DNA of 64,000 nt from Rebecca billardiae RCC1528 (Eukaryota; Protista; Haptophyta): the NCBI GenBank assembly GCA_965240325.2, contig OZ251226.1, positions 2,976,001 through 3,040,000 on the forward strand. Direction: 5' to 3'. A program made the translations under genes and the position numbers. Below are positions 1 to 8,799 of the stretch, piece by piece. How positions within the stretch are numbered: the first letter of the stretch is position 1; every line of letters begins with the position of its first letter. The notes under the pieces are model-generated. The model did not search any database. It worked only from the letters and a program-made list of their open reading frames with translations, and was not told the DNA's origin.

Positions 1-3000
1 GCCGCCGCTGCCGCTGCACCCGCCGCCGCCGTCGCCTTCGCCGCCGCCGCCGCGACCGCCGCCGCCGCTGCCACGATTGCCGCCGCCGCCGCCGCTGCGC
101 CCGCCGTCTCCGCTGCCGCCGTGGCCCTCCCAGCCTCCTTCCCCGCCGCCATCTCCGCCGCCCAACGGCCCGCCGCCCGCGCCGCCGCCGCTCAGCCCGC
201 CATTCAGCCCACCATTCCCCCCGCCGCCACACCGGCCGCCGAGCATGCCTCCCGCCGTGCCGCCCGCTGCGCCGCCGCACCTGCCAAGCCCACTGCCGGG
301 CTCGCCGCCGCCGACGCGCGGGCCTCCGCCGAGCCCTCCACCCGCCCCGCCGCCGAGCCCGGCGACCCCGCCTGGATCGCCTCCGCCCAGCGCACCGCCG
401 TCGGCGCCCCCCCTGCTGGCCCTGTCGCCGAGCGTGCCACCCTCGCCACCGCCGCTGCCGCCCCCGCAGCCGCCTCCAGCCAGCGCGCCACCCGCGCTGC
501 CGCCGCCAGCGCTGCCGCCGTCTGCGCCACCGCTGCAGCCGCCTGCCTCGCCACCGAGCGCGCCGCCGTCGTCAGCGCCACCGACGCCAGCGTCGCCACC
601 CGTGAGGCCACCGCCTGCCGTGCCACCATCCTCGCCGCCCAGCTCGCCGCCACCTCAGTCGCCAACACACACGCCGCCGCCGCACGCGCCGCCTTCAAAG
701 CCGCCGCCGTCGCCGCCGCCGCCTGCGCCGAGCCCGCCGCCGCCCGGTCAGCCGCCGAGCATGCCGCCCTCGCCGCCGCCGAGCATGCCACCAACCCCGC
801 CACCGAGTCCTCTGCCGAGCCCGCCGCCAAGCCGACCGCCAGCGGCTCCGCCCTCGAGCCCGCCGCCTGCGCTGCCGCCAGTCGCGCCGCCGCTCGCGCC
901 GCCGCAGCCGCCGCCATCGCCTCCGCCGAACCCGCCTCCGTCGCCGGCGTCGCACCCTCCGTCGGCGCCGCCAAGCTCGCCGTCGAGCGCACCACCGTCA
1001 CCGCCGCCGATCCCGCCGCCCTCGGCGCCGCCAAGCCCGCCGCCAAGCGCACCACTGTCGCCGCCGCCGAGCCCGCCGCCCTCGCCGCCGCCGCTCTCGC
1101 CTCCGAGCCCTCCGCCGAGCCCGCCGCCCTCGCCACCGCCGCTCTCGCCTCCGAGCCCTCCGCCGAGCCCGCCGCCCTCGCCACCGCCGCTCTCGCCTCC
1201 GAGCCCTCCGCCGAGCCCGCCGCCCTCGGCGCCGCCGCTCTCGCCTCCGAGCCCTCCGCCGAGCCCGCCGCCCTCGCCACCGCCGCTCGCGCCTCCGCCC
1301 TCCCCCGAGGGCAGCGCGCCGCCTGGCCCCGCGTTTGGCGCGCGTCTGCTGGACGGCTCATCGCTGCTGCTCAACTTCTCCGAGCCGGTGCTCGGCCCGG
1401 GCTGGCGGGCGCCGGCGGTGAGCCACTTTGGCTTCGAGCTCAGCGGTGGGCGCGCCAACCTGAGCGCGGTGTGGCTCAGCTACGTCGTGCCGGCGCCGCC
1501 GCCGCCGCCGCGTGCGGCCGAGGGCCCGCACGGCCCGGTGCGCCGCCGGGCCTCTGACGCCTCCGCCTCCGCCGCGCCCGCGACGCTTGCGGCCGACGCG
1601 CGCGAGGGTGCGAGCCAGCCCGCGCCCGCCCGCGCCGAGGCCGGGCTTGTCGGCTATCTCGGCGCCGCGTTTGAGCTCGTGCTGGACGGCCTGCCGAGCG
1701 GCGAGGAGGTGCTCACGGTGAGCGCGCCGCCGGGCGCTCTGCTCAGCGTCGGGAGCGCTCTCCCCAACGAGGCGCAGGCGCACGAGCTGACGCTGCCCGC
1801 GGCGCGCGCTACACCCGAGGGGCGCGTGGGCGTGCGGCCGCCCGCGGACGGCGACGCGCGGCCGGAGGCGCGGCCGCTCTCCTCCGGCCCGACCGGCGCC
1901 ATGTCGCACGAGCGCGAGCGCGCGCCGCTGCGCGCGGCGCTACGCGTCTCGCACGGCTCGGCGGTCGCGACGGCCGCGGCGCCCGCCTTCCGCTGCCGCG
2001 AGCAGCAGAGGCTGGCGGGGGCAGTCTGGCTGCTGCTCGGCGGGATGGTCGCACTCGGCGCGTGCCAGGCGGCGGACAGCGCGCTGCGCGAGCGCGAGCG
2101 CGCACTCGCCGCCGCGCGGCTGCCGCCCGCCGCGCCCTCCGCCACGCCGTCCAGCGCGGCGGCGGCGGCCGCCGCCGCCGCGGCAGTGGAGGACGACGAG
2201 GGCGGCGCGATGCCGAGCGCGCGCGAGCTGTGCGTGAGCCTGGCGCGCACGCTCGTGGGCGCGTGGGCGGCGCTCGCCCTCCTGCCGTACGCCACGCTGG
2301 GCGCCGAGTGGCCGAGCCTGCCCTTCTGGGCGCCGCTGTGGGCGGCGGACGCGCTGTGCGTCGGCGCGGCGCTGCGCGGCAGGCAGCCCGCCGGCACCGC
2401 CGCCGCGGTGCTCGCATGCGGCATGCACGGCGCGCTAGGCTTGCACTCGCCGCTGCGCGCCGCACTGAGCGCGTACGCGGCCGCCACGACCGGCGCGGGC
2501 GCGTGGGTGGCGCTGCTGCTCGGCGCGCTGCGCAGCTGGCGGCAGCACGGCGGCGGCGCGAAGCGCGCAGCGCTGCGCTCCGCGCGCGACGCGGGCGCGG
2601 CCGACGCGGCGGCCGCGCGGCTGCGCACCATCCTCTGCGCGGGCGTGGCAGGCGCTGCGCTGAGTGCGCTTGCTCTCGCAAAGGGCGCAGACGATGCGCA
2701 CTGCGCGGCGCCGTGGGAGTGGTCGCTCGCGCCGCTGTGGGCGGTGCTGCTGCTGCTGCTGCTGCGCGCGCTCTGCCACCACCGCCCGCCCGCCGGCTGC
2801 GCGCGCGCCGAGCCGCCGCCCCTGCACGCGCTGCACGCCGCGCTCGAGGCGCAGCTGGGCGGCACGCGTGCGCGCGCACGCGTGAGCGCAGACGGCCTGG
2901 CCGAGGCGGTGCGCGAGCTGTACCAGGACTACATCCGCGCCGGGCCGGACTCGCTGGGCGACATGGGCCACGTCGCGCGGGTGCTGGGCCAGGCGCTGGA

Positions 3001-5056
3001 GCCGCTGCCGGACGAGGACGAGGGAGCGCTGCCGGGGCAGCCGCCGCCGGGCAGCGGGGCGGCGCACGCGCGGCCGCAGCCGCTCGCACCCGCTGCGCCC
3101 GAGTGGGCGCGCGCGCGCCTGACGTTTGACGGCGCCACGCCGCCGCCGCCAAATGACGCGTCGCCTTTCGTCTCGGCGCGGGGCGCCGGCTCGGATCTGC
3201 CCACGCCAGGCCGGCGCGGGCTGCTGCTGCGGCCGCTGAGCACGCAGCGGCCCCTGCCAGGGCCGACCCAAGCCGATGGGCTCGCGGGCGCGCTCGGCAC
3301 ACCGCGCGGGGCGGCGCAGCCGCTGCCGCTGCCGCCGCTGCGCGCGGGCGAGACTCGGCCTCGCAGCGGCAGCGAGCCCTGGCTCTCGCCGCGCCACGCC
3401 GTGGCCGACTTCTCCGCGGCGGCGGTGAGCGGCCCGGGCGGGGCTGACCTGCCGCCGCCGCTGGGCGTGCACGCCGCCGGCGCGTGCCGCCCGTCCGCGC
3501 CCGGCTGCGGCGCAGAGCGCGCGCCCGCAGCGCTCACCTGCGCCGGGCTCGGCCCTGGCCGCGCCCTGGAGGAGGGGCTGCCTCGGCACGACGCTCGCGG
3601 TTGCGCGCCGCGGCCGGGCGTGCCACCCTCGGCCGACGTGCCCTGCCACAGCCCGCGCCTGCCGTGGCCGAGCGCGGCCGCGTCGGACGGCGCGGCGCAG
3701 CACGCCGCCGCGCGAGGGCGCGGGGGCGCGTGCGCAGGGCCGCTGCGGCGCAACTCGTGGGGCGGCGCGTCGCCCGTGGACGCGCGTGCGCAGCCCATGG
3801 CCGAGCCGTACGCGCGGGCCCACGACCTCGCGCTCGGCCTCGGCGCGCCTCCACCGCCGACGCAGCCGCCGCTGCGGCCGCGCGGCGCGTGCGCAGCGCC
3901 CTCCGGCGGGGCCGCGCTCCCCGCATGGCCTCGAGCTGAGTACGCGCGCGCGCCGGGCGCAGTGGCGTGCGCCGAGCTCGGGCTCGCACCGACGCGACGC
4001 GCGGAGGCCCTGCCGGCGCCATCGGTGCGGCCGGGCGCCTGCGCGGGCGCACGCATGCCGGACCCTGCTCAGTCGTACGCGCCGTGGCTTTGCGCGCAGC
4101 CGGGCGCGGGCGCGTGTGCGGGTTCGCGCGCGCCGCCGCTGCCGCCGTCGCCGGAGCTGCTGCAAGCCCTCAGCCCGCGCGCCGCGCAGCCTGGTGCGCG
4201 CGCGCTGCTGCGCGCGGGCTCGGACCACCGCCTCGACATCAAGGAGCCCGCGCCCGCGCCGTACGCCACGCTCCCCCCCGCGCTCGCCGAGGCGGTGCTC
4301 CCCGAGCTCGAGCGCGCGCTCAGGGCCCTCTCAGCGCAGCGCGTGCACCCAGCGGCCGAGCGCGCGCAGCTGCGCGAGCTGCTGGGCGCGCGCCGTGCCC
4401 GCCGCGGGGGCCGGTGCGCGCGCGCGCTGCTTGCGCTGCTCCCGCTCGCGCTGGTCGGCGCGCTCGCCACGTTCAGCGGGGCCATCGTCGCCGCCGCCGG
4501 CACGCCCACCGGCGGGCCGGACGCGCCCGAGCCGGGAGCCGCCGAGGGCGCGCCCAGACAGCTCGTGCTGCTGCTGATCGGTGCGCTCGCGGTGGGCGCG
4601 GCGCTGGGGCTGCTGTGCCTGTGGCGGCCCGAGCCGCCGAGCGGCGTGGCGGGCGTCGTGCGCACGCACTTCCCGGAGCTCGACGCGGCCGTCGCGGCGC
4701 AGGGCATCCGCGCTGTTGACGTGCGCGTCTCGCGCCGCCCGCGCGCGCCGTCGCGCGGCGGCGGCCCAAGCACGGCGGCGCCGACGCCGCGGGCCAGCCT
4801 GTCGCGCGCAGACGTTCAGCTCTCGGTCGGCGCGGCCAGTCGGGCGGCGCGCTCGCGCCGCGTGTCCGATACGCCGGACGACGAGGTGGGCGCGGCCAGC
4901 AGGGCGGCGCGCTCGCGCCGCGTGTCTGATGCGCTGGGCGACGAGGTCGGCAGCCCGAGGGCCCCGGCCGCAATGCCGGCGCGGCCGCCCAGCCCGGTGC
5001 GCGCGCAGCCTGGCTCGGGCCCCAGGGCTGGGCGGGTCGCGACGCACACGTGCTAG
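1..5056 (+). CDS. Pro/Ser-rich extensin-like (HRGP-type) multipass membrane protein, 5' partial
   Basis: The frame is open from the window edge. About 430 aa of SPP/SPPP repeats are followed by a beta-rich segment (LLNFSEPV...FELSGGRANL...LDGLPSGEEVLTV) and several hydrophobic helices (WAPLWAADAL, WEWSLAPLWAV). Stop TAG at 5054-5056. The true start lies upstream. Confidence 0.7.
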   Translation, partial: PPLPLHPPPPSPSPPPPRPPPPLPRLPPPPPLRPPSPLPPWPSQPPSPPPSPPPNGPPPAPPPLSPPFSPPFPPPPHRPPSMPPAVPPAAPPHLPSPLPGSPPPTRGPPPSPPPAPPPSPATPPGSPPPSAPPSAPPLLALSPSVPPSPPPLPPPQPPPASAPPALPPPALPPSAPPLQPPASPPSAPPSSAPPTPASPPVRPPPAVPPSSPPSSPPPQSPTHTPPPHAPPSKPPPSPPPPAPSPPPPGQPPSMPPSPPPSMPPTPPPSPLPSPPPSRPPAAPPSSPPPALPPVAPPLAPPQPPPSPPPNPPPSPASHPPSAPPSSPSSAPPSPPPIPPPSAPPSPPPSAPLSPPPSPPPSPPPLSPPSPPPSPPPSPPPLSPPSPPPSPPPSPPPLSPPSPPPSPPPSAPPLSPPSPPPSPPPSPPPLAPPPSPEGSAPPGPAFGARLLDGSSLLLNFSEPVLGPGWRAPAVSHFGFELSGGRANLSAVWLSYVVPAPPPPPRAAEGPHGPVRRRASDASASAAPATLAADAREGASQPAPARAEAGLVGYLGAAFELVLDGLPSGEEVLTVSAPPGALLSVGSALPNEAQAHELTLPAARATPEGRVGVRPPADGDARPEARPLSSGPTGAMSHERERAPLRAALRVSHGSAVATAAAPAFRCREQQRLAGAVWLLLGGMVALGACQAADSALRERERALAAARLPPAAPSATPSSAAAAAAAAAAVEDDEGGAMPSARELCVSLARTLVGAWAALALLPYATLGAEWPSLPFWAPLWAADALCVGAALRGRQPAGTAAAVLACGMHGALGLHSPLRAALSAYAAATTGAGAWVALLLGALRSWRQHGGGAKRAALRSARDAGAADAAAARLRTILCAGVAGAALSALALAKGADDAHCAAPWEWSLAPLWAVLLLLLLRALCHHRPPAGCARAEPPPLHALHAALEAQLGGTRARARVSADGLAEAVRELYQDYIRAGPDSLGDMGHVARVLGQALEPLPDEDEGALPGQPPPGSGAAHARPQPLAPAAPEWARARLTFDGATPPPPNDASPFVSARGAGSDLPTPGRRGLLLRPLSTQRPLPGPTQADGLAGALGTPRGAAQPLPLPPLRAGETRPRSGSEPWLSPRHAVADFSAAAVSGPGGADLPPPLGVHAAGACRPSAPGCGAERAPAALTCAGLGPGRALEEGLPRHDARGCAPRPGVPPSADVPCHSPRLPWPSAAASDGAAQHAAARGRGGACAGPLRRNSWGGASPVDARAQPMAEPYARAHDLALGLGAPPPPTQPPLRPRGACAAPSGGAALPAWPRAEYARAPGAVACAELGLAPTRRAEALPAPSVRPGACAGARMPDPAQSYAPWLCAQPGAGACAGSRAPPLPPSPELLQALSPRAAQPGARALLRAGSDHRLDIKEPAPAPYATLPPALAEAVLPELERALRALSAQRVHPAAERAQLRELLGARRARRGGRCARALLALLPLALVGALATFSGAIVAAAGTPTGGPDAPEPGAAEGAPRQLVLLLIGALAVGAALGLLCLWRPEPPSGVAGVVRTHFPELDAAVAAQGIRAVDVRVSRRPRAPSRGGGPSTAAPTPRASLSRADVQLSVGAASRAARSRRVSDTPDDEVGAASRAARSRRVSDALGDEVGSPRAPAAMPARPPSPVRAQPGSGPRAGRVATHTC
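1057..1300 (+). repeat. 48-bp coding tandem repeat (SPPPSPPPSPPPLSPP), about 5 copies
   Basis: Near-identical 16-aa units in the translation; boundaries approximate. Confidence 0.8.
4826..4945 (+). repeat. 60-bp coding tandem repeat, 2 copies (VGAASRAARSRRVSD...DE)
   Basis: Units start at 4826 and 4886. Confidence 0.85.
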
Positions 5057-5616
5057 TGCCGGCGTAGCCTGCCCCCCGCCAGCCACCGGTCTAGCCGCCT
5101 TTTGCCGACGACTCGCCATCAGCACCGCCACAGACTGTGCTCACCGGGCGTGACGTCGGAGTCACTCTGCGCCCGTCAGCCGCGCCGCGCTTCGACGCCG
5201 CTGCTGCACTCCGCCTGCACTACAGTATCAGCGCAATAATGTGCCGTGACGATGATGTATAGTACGTCAACGCCGGTGGCTGCTGCTATACTGCGCTACA
5301 GTAGTACTGCTGATGATACGCTGCCATCATCAGTTGACAGATCGTCAGATGGCTCGGATGACATATATTGACAGCATAGCATCGTCGTCATGCGAACCGT
5401 ATATATATACTACGACAGTCGTCGTACTACGTAGTACTAGTAGTAGCATCCGATATGAGGACGACAGCAATCAATCAGTGCCGGCTGGCGGTGCATGAGC
5501 ACGTACTCGCCAAACGCGTATGACACTGAGTCTGATGATACAGACGGCGCGGGCTGTACCGCGCGCCGCAGTGTAGTGAGTACCAGGAGGATAGAGTCAC
5601 AGGCCACCAAGCCGAG

Positions 5617-6876
5617 TCAAGATACGGACTCCGAACCGCAGGCGACCGGCTTGAGCTCCAGGGATGCGTGCTGATGCTTCGAGCGCGCGGGCCGCGCCGC
5701 TGCCTCCTCGTCTGAAGAGCCTGAGCCCTTGCGACCCTGTTGGGCGCGCGCAAAGGGCTTCTCCGCGGTCGCGGCCACGTCGTCGTCAGCGAGGCGCATG
5801 GCCCCATGCGCGGCCATGCCCGCTCCACGCGCTGCCAGCTCACGCCTCCGGGCGCCGACGGCAGCGACGGCGCAGCCCGCCAGCGTGATTGGCCCTCCCG
5901 CCGCCGTCCACATGCCGGGCATGCCCGACACGCCGATGGCCCAGCCAAGCACCGAGGAGACGACCGGCAGCAGCAGCTGGATGAGGGTCATGCTCAGTGG
6001 GTCCCAGTAGGAGAGGCATAGGTTCATCACCGTGTGCCCGCACACGCCGGGGATCAGCGCGAGGAGCAGGAAGGGCGTGATCCACCGCGCCGAGGCCCAG
6101 CCGCACGGCTGCACGCCGCCCTCCGCACCCGCACCCTCGATGCCCACCGCGACGGCTGTGAGCACGGCCGCCGAGACGGAGAAGACAGGCGCCACGTACA
6201 CGGTCGTGGGCATCCACTGGCGCAGCTCACTGCCGATCAGAATGTACCCCACGACGGAAAACGCGCCGGCGAGCGCGGCAGCGTCGCCGCTCAGCCGGAC
6301 CTCCTCGACAACAGAACCGTCCGCGCCAGCCGCGGGCGCCCGCAACTCGCCCGCGACCGAGACGATCACGCCACCGAAGCCGAGCAGCGTGCCGCCCATC
6401 TCCAGGTTCTGGATCGGGAATCGCAGCACCACGCGCCCCGCCGCCAAGATGAGCGGGCTGGAGCACACGAGCAGCGTGGTGTGCGCGAGCGTGGTGTGGT
6501 CCAGCCCCCAGATGTACAGCCCAAAGTGAAGCCCGAGGATGGAGCCGCTGCAAGCGAGGCGGCCCAGCACGCGCGCCGACCAGAGCCGCGCGCGCAGGTC
6601 GGGGCTCATCTGCCGGTACTCCCAGATGGCGGCGGGGAGCACGACGAGCGCGGTCAGCTGCTGGCGCCAGCCTGCGCGCAGGATGGGAGGGACCTCCTCC
6701 GCCGCACGCATGAGGGGCGCCGCCGTGCTGGTGGCGGCGAGAGCCAGGAAGGGCATGGGCCACATCCACAGGGGCATGGGCGGCTTCTCTGCCGTGCCGG
6801 CATTCGGCTCGAGCTCCTGCGGACGGTGGCTCGGCAGATCTTCCACATCCGACGAGCACGAGGAATCCGCCGCCAT
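5617..6876 (-). CDS. EamA/DMT-family drug-metabolite transporter
   Basis: From ATG 6876 (MAADSS). About 10 TM helices with EamA-like motifs (LGLHFGLYIWGLDHTTLAHTTLL, GDAAALAGA, PGVCGHTVMNLCL). Confidence 0.88.
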   Translation of the reverse strand: MAADSSCSSDVEDLPSHRPQELEPNAGTAEKPPMPLWMWPMPFLALAATSTAAPLMRAAEEVPPILRAGWRQQLTALVVLPAAIWEYRQMSPDLRARLWSARVLGRLACSGSILGLHFGLYIWGLDHTTLAHTTLLVCSSPLILAAGRVVLRFPIQNLEMGGTLLGFGGVIVSVAGELRAPAAGADGSVVEEVRLSGDAAALAGAFSVVGYILIGSELRQWMPTTVYVAPVFSVSAAVLTAVAVGIEGAGAEGGVQPCGWASARWITPFLLLALIPGVCGHTVMNLCLSYWDPLSMTLIQLLLPVVSSVLGWAIGVSGMPGMWTAAGGPITLAGCAVAAVGARRRELAARGAGMAAHGAMRLADDDVAATAEKPFARAQQGRKGSGSSDEEAAARPARSKHQHASLELKPVACGSESVS

Positions 6877-7036
6877 CGTGCACGCGGATAGAGTGAAAAT
6901 ACTTAAATACCGCCGCCGCCGCCGCCGCTGCGTGGTCCGGTCCGGCGGCACGAGCTCGCGTCTCGACCGACTCGACGGCCGAGTCGCGCGACGACGCTCG
7001 CCGGTCCCGAGCGCGCGTTGGTGACTGGGCGCCAAC

Positions 7037-7579
7037 ATGTTCAACCCGGGCATGATGAATGCGGGGATGTTTGCTCCGCCCGCCGGGCAGAAGACCGGCG
7101 CCTTCACGGAGTGGGCGGAGGACTCTGAGAGTGTTGAGCTGAAGCTGCCGCTGCCACCGGGCACAACGAAGCATGAATTGAAAGCTATCTTCACGCCAAC
7201 ATCGATGTCGGTGACGCTGCGAGACAGTGGGAAGGAGCTGCTCGTCGTCAACCCGCTCGCCGCTCGTATGGTCTCCGATGAGGTGACGTGGTACTTGGAG
7301 GACTCCATCATGGTCATCACGCTTGCCAAGATGCAGGGCGTCGGCAAGTCCGAAGTGGACCAGACGTGGGGAGAGAGCCTGGCCGCGCCCAGCGGCAAGT
7401 TCACCTGCTATATGCGGCCAGAAGACGTGACCACACGGTTGCGCCCGTCCGAAGCCAGGGCTGAGCTGGCGAGAAAGAGCGGACTCGCATCTGCAATGCT
7501 GACCACAGGCGTGGCGATTGCCGTTGTCGTGATCGCATGCATCGTGCTCGCCATCAGTCACATCAGCGACCGGGACTGA
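7037..7579 (+). CDS. CS (p23/NudC-like) domain protein with C-terminal transmembrane anchor
   Basis: EWAEDSESVELKLPLPPGTTK...EVTWYLEDSIMVITLAK matches the CS-domain pattern; hydrophobic tail GVAIAVVVIACIVLAI. Confidence 0.8.
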   Translation: MFNPGMMNAGMFAPPAGQKTGAFTEWAEDSESVELKLPLPPGTTKHELKAIFTPTSMSVTLRDSGKELLVVNPLAARMVSDEVTWYLEDSIMVITLAKMQGVGKSEVDQTWGESLAAPSGKFTCYMRPEDVTTRLRPSEARAELARKSGLASAMLTTGVAIAVVVIACIVLAISHISDRD

Positions 7580-8432
7580 TAGTCTCAGACTCCCGCGGGA
7601 CCCTGCGTCAGTCCTGCGATGCGCCGGCGCCAATTCCATCGAAGTAAGCTAGTAGTATATATATATAGTCATCGATCATCATCTGCTGAGACTGCACGTG
7701 CAGCCAAGTGGCGCAGAGTTCGGATCGGACTCAACGGTTACGTCTCACGACTCTCGACGCAGTCGACGCTCGTCCGCGCCGAGTCAAACGCCAACCGGTC
7801 TAAACTGAACATAAAACTCTCTATACTACTATCTCGCCTACTGCCTGAGCTGTGTGCGTCTCTTATTCTTAAAGTTTAGTGAACTACTGTAATAAGTCTG
7901 CTAAATCTAATGAGTGCTAGTGCGTGCACTCGTCTGTGCGCGCCCGGCCCTGTCTGCCGAACTGCGGCTGCAGCCTGCAGGCTGAGCTGCACCATCAGTC
8001 ACATCAGCGACCGGGACTGATAGTCTCAGACTCCCGCGGGACCCTGCGTCAGTCCTGCGATGCGCCGGCGCCAATTCCATCGAAGTAAGCTAGTAGTATA
8101 TATATATAGTCATCGATCATCATCTGCTGAGACTGCACGTGCAGCCAAGTGGCGCAGAGTTCGGATCGGACTCAACGGTTACGTCTCACGACTCTCGACG
8201 CAGTCGACGCTCGTCCGCGCCGAGTCAAACGCCAACCGGTCTAAACTGAACATAAAACTCTCTATACTACTATCTCGCCTACTGCCTGAGCTGTGTGCGT
8301 CTCTTATTCTTAAAGTTTAGTGAACTACTGTAATAAGTCTGCTAAATCTAATGAGTGCTAGTGCGTGCACTCGTCTGTGCGCGCCCGGCCCTGTCTGCCG
8401 AACTGCGGCTGCAGCCTGCAGGCTGAGCTGCA
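7551..8432. repeat. Perfect 441-bp tandem duplication (7551-7991 and 7992-8432)
   Basis: Identical sequence at offset 441; the ORF track shows identical 86-aa ORFs at 7619 and 8060. Confidence 0.95.
7831..7891 (-). mobile_element. Degenerate copy of the 52-bp TIR-like repeat (duplicated at 8272-8332)
   Basis: atctcgcc(tac)tgcctgagctgtgtgcgtctcttattctt...ctgta matches the 8666 and 14218 copies with small insertions. Confidence 0.7.
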
Positions 8433-8665
8433 GCTGCAGTCATCATCTACACTCCCACGGCGCGGCGAGGTCGGCGCCGTCGACTAAGAGTAGTAGAAGG
8501 CCAATGGGGAGAATAGTTACTATACATGATGATGTATATTACTACTACAAAGACTGAGTGTCGTGGCCTCGTGGGCCGTCGTCGCACGATGCGGCGGCTC
8601 GGCCCTTTTCTTGTATGGCTCCCTGCGGGCGCCGATTAGTTGTCGCGCGCTGTCGTCGTCGCTTA

Positions 8666-8717
8666 GCGTCAATCTCGCCTGCCTGTGCTGTGTGCGTCTC
8701 TTATTCTTAGTAAACTG
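8666..8717 (-). mobile_element. 52-bp TIR-like repeat ending ...AAACTG followed by TA (Tc1/mariner-type MITE end)
   Basis: Reverse complement of 14218-14269 at 51/52 identity; TA at 8718-8719. Confidence 0.75.
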
Positions 8718-8799
8718 TATCGACAGCCGACGATTTCAGATTACCCTGTACCATAGCACGGCCCTTGCCTGTAGCAGTCGGCGATTTCGTGCACCGCCG

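Noticed and set aside
6877-7404. N-terminal extension of the 595-aa EamA ORF
   Set aside because: It overlaps the CS-domain gene on the opposite strand; ATG 6876 is the plausible start.
7619-8320. Two identical 86-aa ORFs
   Set aside because: By-products of the 441-bp duplication of non-coding, MITE-containing DNA.
7831-8717. Three copies of the 52-bp motif at about 400-440 bp spacing as a CRISPR-like array
   Set aside because: The spacing arises from the tandem duplication, spacers are far too long, there are no cas genes and the context is eukaryotic.
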